64,000 bases of DNA. Source: Gammaproteobacteria bacterium (GTDB taxonomy: Bacteria > Pseudomonadota > Gammaproteobacteria > GCA-001735895). The position numbers and the translations under genes were made by a program. This document shows, piece after piece, positions 19,211 to 28,470 of this stretch. The stretch covers positions 13,103 to 77,102 of the forward strand of contig JBNKKI010000092.1 of the NCBI GenBank assembly GCA_050291745.1, given 5' to 3'. The stretch's first letter is position 1; every line of letters begins with the position of its first letter. The notes below the pieces were generated by a model. That model was not told the origin of the DNA. It saw only the letters and a list, made by a program, of their open reading frames with translations, and did no database searches.

Positions 19211-20779
19211 ATGGATCTTAAAAATATAAATCAAATTGAACAGGCCATAGAACCAAGTCAGAGTGAATTGCTGCGAATTGGTGTGGCATTTATGTTTATT
19301 ATTGTGATTTTATTATTTGCCGGTAATTCTTTTGCAGGCGTTCCTGGTGGTTATATGTTAATCACGGCAGCCATGATTGGTGGATATATGGCAATGAATA
19401 TTGGTGCCAATGATGTAGCCAATAATGTAGGTCCGGCGGTTGGTTCCAAAGCTGTTACCTTGTTTGGAGCAATTCTTATTGCAGCAATATTTGAAGCTGC
19501 AGGAGCATTAATTGCGGGTGGAGATGTTGTAAGTACCATAAAAAAAGGGATTATTAACCCATCTTTAATTGAGGATTCACAAACCTTTATCTGGCTGATG
19601 ATGGCTGCTCTGTTAGCTGGCGCTGTCTGGCTCAATATAGCCACTTCCCTTGGTGCTCCAGTATCTACAACACACTCTATTGTGGGTGGCGTTCTCGGTT
19701 CGGGTATTGCAGCGGGGGGGATGTCTATAGCCAACTGGACTACAATGGGAAAAATTGTTGCCAGTTGGGTTATTTCGCCTGTTCTGGGTGGGATTATTGC
19801 GGCTTTATTTCTATTGTTAATAAAACGGAAAATCACTTATCGTAGGAATATGCAGGCAGCAGCTAAACGTGTAGTACCGGTTCTGGTTGCAATGATGGCC
19901 TGGGCTTTTTCTACCTATCTCATTTTAAAAGGGCTAAAAAAATTAATTAAAGTCGAATTTCTGACCGCTTTGGGTATGGGGTTACTGTTCTCTATTGTTA
20001 TCTATCTAATAGTTAGACCATTAATAGCAACCGCTGCTGATAGGTATGCCAATGATAAACCGAGTGTAAACAAATTATTTACGATACCATTAATATTTTC
20101 TGCTGCTCTACTCAGTTTTGCACATGGAGCAAATGATGTAGCAAACGCTGTCGGACCTTTAGCAGCTATTAATGATGCAATTTTACATGGCGGAATAGCC
20201 AGCAAAGCGTCTATTCCTTTTTGGGTTATGTTAGTTGGTGCCCTTGGAATTGCCCTTGGATTAGCCTTATATGGCCCTAAATTAATAAGAACAGTAGGGT
20301 CTGAAATTACTGAACTTGATCAAATGAGAGCATTTTCAGTTGCTATGGCTGCTTCCATTACAGTTATTATTGCCAGTCAGTTAGGTTTACCGGTTAGTTC
20401 AACGCACATAGCGGTCGGTGCAATTTTTGGTGTAGGTTTTTTGCGAGAGTATCTGAAAGCAAGCTATGCAAGTATGGAACAGGAAATTATCGATCATCAT
20501 AGTGGACAGGATCAGCAGATTGTAGAGGATTTTCTGGAAGAGTTTCGACGAGGTAATGTGGAAACCAAAGGAATTATGATTAAACGTCTGAAAGAGCATT
20601 CAGCTGATGCCGATCTGACAAAAAGAGAGCGGAAAACTTTGACCAGAGTATATAGGAAGGAATTAGTAAAACGTTCGGCATTAATGAAAATTGTAGCAGC
20701 CTGGGTTATAACGGTACCAGCTTCAGCCATTATGTCGGCAATTATTTTCTTTACTATTAGAGGAATGATGCTTCCTTAA
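19211..20779 (+). CDS. pit: PiT-family inorganic phosphate transporter
   Basis: 522 aa; duplicated GANDVANxVGP signatures (GANDVANNVGPAVGS and GANDVANAVGPLAA) with a cytoplasmic central loop. Confidence 0.9.
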   Translation: MDLKNINQIEQAIEPSQSELLRIGVAFMFIIVILLFAGNSFAGVPGGYMLITAAMIGGYMAMNIGANDVANNVGPAVGSKAVTLFGAILIAAIFEAAGALIAGGDVVSTIKKGIINPSLIEDSQTFIWLMMAALLAGAVWLNIATSLGAPVSTTHSIVGGVLGSGIAAGGMSIANWTTMGKIVASWVISPVLGGIIAALFLLLIKRKITYRRNMQAAAKRVVPVLVAMMAWAFSTYLILKGLKKLIKVEFLTALGMGLLFSIVIYLIVRPLIATAADRYANDKPSVNKLFTIPLIFSAALLSFAHGANDVANAVGPLAAINDAILHGGIASKASIPFWVMLVGALGIALGLALYGPKLIRTVGSEITELDQMRAFSVAMAASITVIIASQLGLPVSSTHIAVGAIFGVGFLREYLKASYASMEQEIIDHHSGQDQQIVEDFLEEFRRGNVETKGIMIKRLKEHSADADLTKRERKTLTRVYRKELVKRSALMKIVAAWVITVPASAIMSAIIFFTIRGMMLP

Positions 20780-20816
20780 AAAAATTTATGGTTCAAAAAG
20801 TTCCAATATGGATGAG

Positions 20817-22139
20817 CTATAAAGTGTATACATTACTGATTTTAGTCATATGTTCTATGGTCCGGTAATTGGGGAAGGTTATTGTAAATCTACTACCCTG
20901 ATTCACTTTGCTTTCTATTTCAAGTGTAGCGCCATGTTTTTGAGCTGCTCTTTTGACTATGGCTAAGCCTAATCCAGAACCAGTAATTTGTTTTCTTGTC
21001 GTGTCACTGCCACGAAAGTAGCGATCAGTGATATAGGGTAAATCCTGCTCAACGATACCGGTACCCTTATCACTCACGCTAAAAACATATTCATTCTGTT
21101 TATTGATACTCCAGGTTACTAATACTGGTGTTTCAGGAGGGGAGTGTTTAATCGCATTTTCAATTAAATTGATACAAATGCCTTCTATTTCGCTTTGTAT
21201 TCCGAGTAAATATAATCCATCCGGTGTAATGCATTGGACTTGCCCCTGAATGAAATTTTTGCCGATGACGTTTTTTACATTATTCATACAATCAGAAATA
21301 GAGACTCTTTCTCCTTCTTCAGGTTGTAGCTGATAACTTTCAACTCGTGATAATAAGAGTAAATCCTGGATCAATTGTTTCATACGTTGAGCTTGTTGTT
21401 GCAGAATAGAAATGGATTTTTTACCTGTATCCGACAATTCAGCTTCCATTTCAAGTATTTCCAGGTAGCCTATGATTGAAGTTAATGGTGTTTTTAACTC
21501 GTGAGAGGCATTAGCAACGAAATGTTTGAGGGCTTCCTGTAATTTTTTCTGATCACTAATATTGCGGACTATTAAGAGGCGTTGGTTTTTGCCAAAGCTC
21601 ACTGCTTTCATTTGCAGGATAATATCCTTATCCAGTGGTGATTGAATTTCCAGGTTGACCTTGTTATCGGGTTCCAGCAGGTAATTCTGTATATCGGGAT
21701 GTCGAAGGAGGTTGTCAATTCGTTGACCGGTGTCATATCTGTTTATTCCAAGCAGGTATGAGGCTGGAGCATTTGACCATTCTATTTCTAAATTCTGATT
21801 GAGTAAAACCGTTGCATCGGGCAAAGCTGAGATATTGGTATTTAATCGGCGAAGAATATCTTTAGTTCGTTTTTTTCTTTTAATATGGACTTTCTTTTGT
21901 AAGTACAGGTGACGAATAATGAGCCCAATAAATCCATTATCATTAAATACTTCCCTTGTTTTAGTACCGCGTGAAAGCCATTTTTCCAGTTTGTACAAAC
22001 GGTAATATATCCAGGCTATATATGCTGAAAGTGGAATTAATATTGCTATAGGCCAGTTCTCAAAGACCAGTCCTAATAGAAAGATCAAGCTAACGGTAAA
22101 AAAAATCCAGCTTTTTTCCGTCTGCCATATTTTATTCAT
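20817..22139 (-). CDS. phoR: phosphate regulon sensor histidine kinase PhoR
   Basis: N-terminal TM pair, PAS, H-box ASHELKTPLTSI, N/G boxes (DKGTGI, GSGLGLAIVK); adjacent to phoB. Confidence 0.9.
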   Translation of the reverse strand: MNKIWQTEKSWIFFTVSLIFLLGLVFENWPIAILIPLSAYIAWIYYRLYKLEKWLSRGTKTREVFNDNGFIGLIIRHLYLQKKVHIKRKKRTKDILRRLNTNISALPDATVLLNQNLEIEWSNAPASYLLGINRYDTGQRIDNLLRHPDIQNYLLEPDNKVNLEIQSPLDKDIILQMKAVSFGKNQRLLIVRNISDQKKLQEALKHFVANASHELKTPLTSIIGYLEILEMEAELSDTGKKSISILQQQAQRMKQLIQDLLLLSRVESYQLQPEEGERVSISDCMNNVKNVIGKNFIQGQVQCITPDGLYLLGIQSEIEGICINLIENAIKHSPPETPVLVTWSINKQNEYVFSVSDKGTGIVEQDLPYITDRYFRGSDTTRKQITGSGLGLAIVKRAAQKHGATLEIESKVNQGSRFTITFPNYRTIEHMTKISNVYTL

Positions 22140-22151
22140 AATGAGATAAAG

Positions 22152-22850
22152 TTAAAAATTTTTTGAACTGAATCTGTAACCAGAGCCACGAATGGTTTTT
22201 ATCATTTTATCCAGTTTAAACTGTTTTAATACTTTTCGTAAGCGAAGAATATGAACATCAACTGTTCTGTCTCCCAGATAGGCATTTACTCCCCAAACCG
22301 CATTTAAAATCTGATCTCGAGAAAAAACCTTGTTTTCATTTGTAATAAAGAATTTTAGTAACTGGTATTCAGTTTTTGTCAGGTCAACCTGGTCATTATT
22401 AATGAAAACTTCATGTACTTCTGTGTTTATTACAATCGATCCAGATTGCAAAACATGGGCAGTATCCGTGTAATTGAAAGGGCGTCTTAATAATGCTTTA
22501 ACCCGGGATTGCAATTCGCGTAAGGATAGAGGTTTTGTCATGTAATCATCAGCGCCAGAGTCCAGTCCAATGATTTTATCCGATTCTTCCGATCTGGCTG
22601 TGAGCATAAGAGCTGGAATTTGTTTAAATTTTTCCTGGCGTCGTAACCAGCGGATCAATTCAATACCTGAACTGTCAGGTAGCATCCAGTCAACAATGAG
22701 GCAATCTGGTTTATTTTCGGCTATGGATTTTTTAGCGCATTTCACATCGATACAGCCGGATGTGTAGTAGTTGGCCTGTGATAAGGATAGACAAATCATG
22801 TCACGAATGGCCTGATCGTCCTCAATAACCAGTATGTTCATATTATTCAC
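22152..22850 (-). CDS. phoB: phosphate regulon response regulator PhoB (OmpR family); likely true start is the ATG at 22841
   Basis: Receiver domain (DD...D...K) plus winged-helix; annotated start is GTG, ATG three codons in gives MNILVIEDD. Confidence 0.9.
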   Translation of the reverse strand: MNNMNILVIEDDQAIRDMICLSLSQANYYTSGCIDVKCAKKSIAENKPDCLIVDWMLPDSSGIELIRWLRRQEKFKQIPALMLTARSEESDKIIGLDSGADDYMTKPLSLRELQSRVKALLRRPFNYTDTAHVLQSGSIVINTEVHEVFINNDQVDLTKTEYQLLKFFITNENKVFSRDQILNAVWGVNAYLGDRTVDVHILRLRKVLKQFKLDKMIKTIRGSGYRFSSKNF

Positions 22851-22881
22851 GTATCCAAAATCTGTATGACATCATAATAAT

Positions 22882-22899
22882 ATGACAGTAATGTGACAA
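22882..22899 (-). promoter_or_regulatory. Pho box upstream of phoB (autoregulation)
   Basis: - strand reads TTGTCAC ATTA CTGTCAT, near-consensus 7-4-7 Pho box about 40 bp upstream of the ATG. Confidence 0.7.
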
Positions 22900-22985
22900 T
22901 ATTTCTTTCTACTGATTTTATAAGCCCGGACAGCTTAGTCTGTTAGCTTTAGTGTATTTCAATGAGTTGAAAAATCCAGATAGCC

Positions 22986-23210
22986 TTATTTTTCTTTAGG
23001 TTTTATTTTCTTAGGAAGCAGCGACTGGTCATCAGGAAATAATTCCAGTAATTCTTCATGTCCCATGAAACGATTGAGTTTTTCATGTAATGCCCAGATT
23101 TTATCCCACTTATCATCGGTTAAATCGAATCCTATAGGTAATATGCACACCGCATCATTATTAAAGTCAGTTAATAATTTTGGTTCTTTAAGTATCTTGG
23201 CCATCAGCAT
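22986..23210 (-). CDS. hypothetical 74 aa protein, start overlaps the upstream gene's stop by 23 nt
   Basis: ORF only; 23 nt overlap suggests translational coupling with the acyltransferase/hydrolase gene. Confidence 0.4.
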   Translation of the reverse strand: MLMAKILKEPKLLTDFNNDAVCILPIGFDLTDDKWDKIWALHEKLNRFMGHEELLELFPDDQSLLPKKIKPKEK

Positions 23211-25530
23211 CCTGTGTTAGTTCAAGTTCATTTATCTGAACGATTGAATCAATGATTTTCTGCTGTGTATTATCAATATCTTCATACAAAATGCCATGCC
23301 TTTGTGAATTAATAATTTCGATTTGTTTATCTTTTGCTGAAATATGACGGCATAATAACTTAACACTTTCTGGCTCTACCACAGGATCTTCATTGGATTG
23401 AAATAATCTGACTGGACAGTTAATCGGCGCTGCTTGTTTAAAGAACTGGTCTATGAATTTTTGTAATTCATATAAAGCTCGTATTGGGATATGGGCATAA
23501 TTTACTTCGGGGTGTTCAGCTACATTAGGTCTAAATGGAATAATTCCTTCTGCGTTAACCCATCGGACAAGTTTATTTGCCTGGTGTAATAGTGGGACAA
23601 ACTTCAATTGCTTGCTCCTAAATTCAACTGGTGCAGAAACGGAAATAACTGATGCCAGCTTATCGTCAGGATGCTGAATCGCCTGTTGTAAAGCCAGTAA
23701 GCCACCGGTAGAAAAACCAATAACATGGATATTATTAGAGTAGGCACTGAGTATATCAAAACCGCGCTTAACAGATGCCACCCACTCGCTCCAGTCACGA
23801 TCCCGTAAATCCCATGGGGAAGTGCCATGTCCTTTTAAACGCACACCAATAACATGCCAGTCAAGTTGATAAAAACGTTCTCCAAGAGATATCATTTCAG
23901 CTGGTGAGGCAAGAAATCCATGTATTAACAAAATGCCGGGAACATTATCTTTTTTTGATAAAAAACGAAACCAGTTGGCATCTTTAACATAAGTTTGTGA
24001 CTTGTTTATTTCCTCATAACGGGGTTTGTCATATGCTTTTTTATCCCATTGATAGGCAATTAACTGGTCATCATAACGGTAATTTGCAATTTGTTTTTGA
24101 TCAACATTGTGAACGCTTTTAATCTTTTTATTAAGTAAATGGATAATAGATTTAAGCGGGGCTAATTCATTAGCGTATACACCAATCAAATTCTCTGTCC
24201 GAATAACATCAAAATCAAATTCATTAATTAATTTATCATGAAACAGGTAATGATCTTCTTCATCTTTAGTTTGTACCAGTTCGATCAAATTCATTTTCTC
24301 GGTGGTTTCCAGAAATTGATGTAAGCGACTACTGCCTCCTTCAATGACAGCTCCATATTCCTGCGGGTTTTTTAAGCTCCTATGCAGGTGCACTTTGCTT
24401 TTCTGAACAGCTTTAATGCATAGATACAGGGTTTTATGAAATTCATCAGCATTGATTGATTTAATACCTGACTTATAAAGCTTAAGGATTAAATAAGAGG
24501 CTATATGGCTTAAATTTATGGTTACACTACTGTACATTGCTTTCATATAATCGTCTCTTACGAGGTGAGATTTTTTCTTCATACCAATTGAATGTATGCT
24601 TCCTCCCCAGTGACCGGTTGCTGGCGTTAGATTAAATAGTTCCTCTATTGAATCAAAGCGATGAACTACATTTGGTAGCAATAATTTTTCCCACCATTTC
24701 CAGTATTTTCCCATAATTAATGGTCTGGAAAAATGTATGTCCATATCCGTATGTTTAAATAACAGGTTTCCTTCAATAATCAACTCTTCAGCAAAACGCT
24801 TATTAATACCTTTGTTGAATAGTTTTACAGCCTGATGAAGAATATTATCATTAACTCTGATGGGGTAAAAAGTGATATGACTGGGTACGATAATGGTTGG
24901 TTTGAGAGCCTTTATCAGCAGACTTTCATAGTCATCAAACTCCAGTTGTTTTGCCCAACGCTCTACCTGTTGATAATTTCCTTTTGAGTAGTCTCTCAGC
25001 AATGCAGTTTTAAATGCATCTACAGCCAGGGCGATGACTGCTGCACCTCGATGCTGTTTACGAATTTCCATGGCAGTACGAGAATAGATTCCATATTTTC
25101 CCTTATCATCAACTACCCGTTTGTTTTTAACCATGCCTCCTTCAGGAAAAATGACCAGTTTTCTACCATGCAGGATTTCTTTTGCTATAAATGGAAAAAG
25201 ACCTGGCATAGTGTTGGGAACAACACCAATAGATCTTAGAAACTTTGCAAAACGCTCATCATCGAAGAATTCTGGAGCAGCGATGGATCGGCAATAATCA
25301 CCGGTTTCAGCATGAATAAGATATTGAGGAATAAAGGTTTCAAAACGAGCAAAATGATTAAATAAAAAAATATCACCCTGTTTAATTGTCTGATGACAGG
25401 GTTGGGGAGATTCATCATGCAGTTTGATATTTAATTTGAGTAATTTTCGAGTAGTACGAAAAGCTCTGACACAGATATCATAATTATTCGTTATTTCATA
25501 ATTAGGTGATTTTGCACTGTTTTCAGACAT
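23188..25530 (-). CDS. fusion protein: N-terminal lysophospholipid/glycerol-phosphate acyltransferase-like domain plus C-terminal alpha/beta-hydrolase (lipase/esterase) domain
   Basis: N-terminal NHFARFE (HxxxxD/E-like) and VIFPEGG (FPEGxx acyltransferase motif III); C-terminal LLIHGF...GHGTSP...GFSTGG (GxSxG nucleophile elbow). Confidence 0.65.
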   Translation of the reverse strand: MSENSAKSPNYEITNNYDICVRAFRTTRKLLKLNIKLHDESPQPCHQTIKQGDIFLFNHFARFETFIPQYLIHAETGDYCRSIAAPEFFDDERFAKFLRSIGVVPNTMPGLFPFIAKEILHGRKLVIFPEGGMVKNKRVVDDKGKYGIYSRTAMEIRKQHRGAAVIALAVDAFKTALLRDYSKGNYQQVERWAKQLEFDDYESLLIKALKPTIIVPSHITFYPIRVNDNILHQAVKLFNKGINKRFAEELIIEGNLLFKHTDMDIHFSRPLIMGKYWKWWEKLLLPNVVHRFDSIEELFNLTPATGHWGGSIHSIGMKKKSHLVRDDYMKAMYSSVTINLSHIASYLILKLYKSGIKSINADEFHKTLYLCIKAVQKSKVHLHRSLKNPQEYGAVIEGGSSRLHQFLETTEKMNLIELVQTKDEEDHYLFHDKLINEFDFDVIRTENLIGVYANELAPLKSIIHLLNKKIKSVHNVDQKQIANYRYDDQLIAYQWDKKAYDKPRYEEINKSQTYVKDANWFRFLSKKDNVPGILLIHGFLASPAEMISLGERFYQLDWHVIGVRLKGHGTSPWDLRDRDWSEWVASVKRGFDILSAYSNNIHVIGFSTGGLLALQQAIQHPDDKLASVISVSAPVEFRSKQLKFVPLLHQANKLVRWVNAEGIIPFRPNVAEHPEVNYAHIPIRALYELQKFIDQFFKQAAPINCPVRLFQSNEDPVVEPESVKLLCRHISAKDKQIEIINSQRHGILYEDIDNTQQKIIDSIVQINELELTQDADGQDT

Positions 25531-25673
25531 TCACATTTTCCAGATTAAGCTTCTATACTCAGTATATGACAAGGTTGTGTTCAATTGTTAAAAACTGGAA
25601 AAGTTTACAATAGTATTCAATAAACAGGCTTTGATGCCGAATACAACTTAAAAGTACAAGGAATAATATACAA

Positions 25674-27509
25674 ATGTTACGTCTCATTACATGTTCAAAT
25701 AAGATACTTATCAAGCTTTATATTGGCCTTTTAAGTATGCTATTTGCACTACCTTTGCAGGCTGCTCAACAAGAGGATATTCGTGTTGTTATTGATGTTT
25801 CGGGCAGTATGCAGAAAACTGATCCGGAAAATCTTCGTATTCCTGCGCTTCATTTAATCAATGGTTTAATCCCTACCGGTTCAAAAGCAGGAGTCTGGAC
25901 TTTTGGACGTTATGTGAATATGGAAGTTAAATGGGGCACTGTTAATGCAAACTGGCGCAAACTAGCTGACCTTGGTGCGGATAAAATTCATTCCAGGGGG
26001 CAATATACCAATATTGAAAGTGCTCTTAAACGTGCCACTAAAGGATGGGAGAAAGCTGATCCTGATACAAATCGAAACCTTATTCTATTAACTGATGGTA
26101 AGGTGGATATTTCTAAAAATGCAGAAAAAAATGCTATATCACGATCAAATGTATTGAATAAATCTATTCCAGAGCTCAATAAGAGGGGCATAAAGGTTCA
26201 TACCATCGCTTTATCTGATCAGACTGATGAGACCTTATTGAAAAGACTGGCATTAAAAACTTCCGGCTCTTTTGAAGTTGCGAAATCAGCAGACGATTTA
26301 CAACGAATTTTTCTACACATGTTTGAGAGAGCAACAAAACCGGATACAGTCCCTATTAAAGATAATACTTTTATGATTGATAAAAGTATTAGCGAAATGA
26401 CATTACTTGTTTTCAGGAAAGATAATAAGCTAACTCAGTTAATTGGCCCTGATAATACTAAACAGTCGCAGTCTAAACATGCTAAAAATCTTAACTGGCG
26501 TGATGAGCTTGGATATGACCTGATAACTGTTAATAAACCAGAACCGGGAAAATGGTCGCTGGATGCAGATGTTGATGATGATAACCGAGTTATGATAGTG
26601 ACAAACTTGTCACTTGTTGTGGATGAATTACCTGCCTATATGAGTCCTGATGAAGCCTTAAATATTCATGTTGAACTGCATACTCAGAGTAAACGCATAA
26701 CTAAAAATAGTTTTTTAAAATTTGTCGATTTTCATTTAAGCCATAAAGTTGCGGATAAAACAGAAAACTTACCGTTAATATTAAAAAACTCACGGGATAT
26801 TAAAGATAAAGGTATCTATTTACAGAGTATTTCATCCCCTTTAGAGGAAGGCAGGCATGAAATTGAAGTTGTTGCTGACACACGTACTTTTACACGTAGT
26901 AAAAGGTTTAGTGTTGAGGTGCAATGGCCTGTCACAGTGGAAATTAATAAATCAGCTAATCCGGGTATTTATGAACTTACGATCAAAGCAAGAGATGAAT
27001 ATATTAAAGCGGATTCCCTACAGCTTGATGTGACGTTGATAAGACCCGATAAAACTGAAAAGAAAATCGAGATAAAAACAACTGGAAATCAAGATAAGCT
27101 GGAAATTCGAGCTAATGAACAGGATGGGTTGCATCAGTTACAGATTAAAATGAAGGCGGAATCCCTGGAAGGCAAAATGGTTGAACACAAACTGGATTCT
27201 TATCCTGTTTTTGGGGTATTACTAGAAGAAAAAATGCCTGTTGAAGCAGAACTGAAGCAAGAATCTAAAAAGGAAGAAATTAAAGATGAGAATAAGCCAG
27301 TTGAAATAATTGAAGAAGTTGAAGAAAGCAATGATTCTGACTGGGAAAATACCTTGATATTCATTGTATCCACCAATGTAATTATCATTTTAGTTGTTGT
27401 TGCTGTCGTTGTTTTTATACGTAAGCGTCTGAAAAATGATGATATTGATCTAATTGCTGAAGAATCAGATGATAAAGCCTCTTCGGACGAGGATGTATTT
27501 AATGTTTGA
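25674..27509 (+). CDS. secreted von Willebrand factor A (VWA) domain protein with a C-terminal transmembrane anchor and acidic cytoplasmic tail
   Basis: Signal peptide (...ALPLQAAQ), MIDAS motif VVIDVSGSM, C-terminal TM LIFIVSTNVIIILVVVAVVVFI followed by RKRLK and a D/E-rich tail. Confidence 0.8.
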   Translation: MLRLITCSNKILIKLYIGLLSMLFALPLQAAQQEDIRVVIDVSGSMQKTDPENLRIPALHLINGLIPTGSKAGVWTFGRYVNMEVKWGTVNANWRKLADLGADKIHSRGQYTNIESALKRATKGWEKADPDTNRNLILLTDGKVDISKNAEKNAISRSNVLNKSIPELNKRGIKVHTIALSDQTDETLLKRLALKTSGSFEVAKSADDLQRIFLHMFERATKPDTVPIKDNTFMIDKSISEMTLLVFRKDNKLTQLIGPDNTKQSQSKHAKNLNWRDELGYDLITVNKPEPGKWSLDADVDDDNRVMIVTNLSLVVDELPAYMSPDEALNIHVELHTQSKRITKNSFLKFVDFHLSHKVADKTENLPLILKNSRDIKDKGIYLQSISSPLEEGRHEIEVVADTRTFTRSKRFSVEVQWPVTVEINKSANPGIYELTIKARDEYIKADSLQLDVTLIRPDKTEKKIEIKTTGNQDKLEIRANEQDGLHQLQIKMKAESLEGKMVEHKLDSYPVFGVLLEEKMPVEAELKQESKKEEIKDENKPVEIIEEVEESNDSDWENTLIFIVSTNVIIILVVVAVVVFIRKRLKNDDIDLIAEESDDKASSDEDVFNV

Positions 27510-28368
27510 AGTTTCGTCAATTATATTCAGTTTACTGATCGAAGGATTTATTCTGTTACTGGTATTATTGTCTGTTTTACTTTATTTCCAGTATAAACGA
27601 AAAAGTAAGGATAAAGTGGCCAGCCAGAAACTGGTTAAAAAAATTAAGGATCAGGCAAAAGCAAGAAAGGAGTTAACTAGCACATTCCTGCGGGAAAAAT
27701 TTGGTTTAGAAGGCAAGGAGCTGGAAAAAGTAATGAATACTATCAATAAATCTGAATTAAAATTTATGCAAACTGTTATTAATATGTACCTGCATAGAGA
27801 CGATCAGACCTTAATGGTGATGGATGAAAATGTTGCCGAATTGATTGAAACATATAAGGACTTATCCCCTAAAATCTCAGAAGTTGGAAATCCTGCTGAT
27901 TTACCTGCCGGAGAGCCTGATCCAGCATTAATTGAAGAATTGAATGAATTACGCGAAAACAATGAAAGATTATCAGATGAGTTGAGTATTACCAAAAAGA
28001 CGATGGGTAATATGATTGCGGAATTTGGAAATATGTTTGGAGGTGGTAAAGAGTCTACTCTGGATGCTGATGAAGTTTTAAATAAAGTAAGTGATATTCA
28101 TTTTGAAGCAGATGGTAGAGAAGATGTTTTTGATGCTGCTTCCGTTCTGGATGAGTCGATGGCTACTGATGATATGAATATTGATGATGTTTTGATGGAA
28201 AATGTGACAGAACCACCTGAAGATGATCAGTTACAGGCGGATTTAATTACACAGGAAATAATGGAACAAGAGCAGGTGAAGAAGAAAGAAAACAAGCCCG
28301 TTGAAATATTTGATGAAGGAATCGATGATTTAATGGATGGGATAGATCTGTCAGATGATACTCTGTAA
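27493..28368 (+). CDS. membrane-anchored, highly acidic coiled-coil protein of unknown function (partner of the VWA protein)
   Basis: N-terminal TM IIFSLLIEGFILLLVLLSVLLYF then KRKSK; D/E-rich C-terminus; shares KKENKPVEI[IF] motif with the VWA protein; start chosen at ATG 27493/27502 after GAGGA (the annotated start 27454 overlaps VWA by 56 nt). Confidence 0.55.
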   Translation: MYLMFEVSSIIFSLLIEGFILLLVLLSVLLYFQYKRKSKDKVASQKLVKKIKDQAKARKELTSTFLREKFGLEGKELEKVMNTINKSELKFMQTVINMYLHRDDQTLMVMDENVAELIETYKDLSPKISEVGNPADLPAGEPDPALIEELNELRENNERLSDELSITKKTMGNMIAEFGNMFGGGKESTLDADEVLNKVSDIHFEADGREDVFDAASVLDESMATDDMNIDDVLMENVTEPPEDDQLQADLITQEIMEQEQVKKKENKPVEIFDEGIDDLMDGIDLSDDTL

Positions 28369-28470
28369 ATAATTCTAATAAGTTTTTACGACCTTGTATA
28401 ACAACCTGAATCTCTTTAAAAAGGTAGCTACCTGATCTGTAGCCACCTGTTGAATTAATAGTAATAGTAA

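Noticed and set aside
27288-27509. C-terminal sortase, exosortase or rhombosortase-type sorting signal on the VWA protein
   Set aside because: The TM is followed by a further roughly 25-residue acidic tail rather than a short basic C-terminus. No LPXTG, PEP or GlyGly motif precedes it. It is interpreted as an ordinary type-I membrane anchor.
28369-28470. 10 bp palindrome GGTAGCTACC between the convergent partner and thioredoxin-like genes, as a terminator
   Set aside because: Perfect palindrome without a loop and without a following T-run. It is not a convincing intrinsic terminator.
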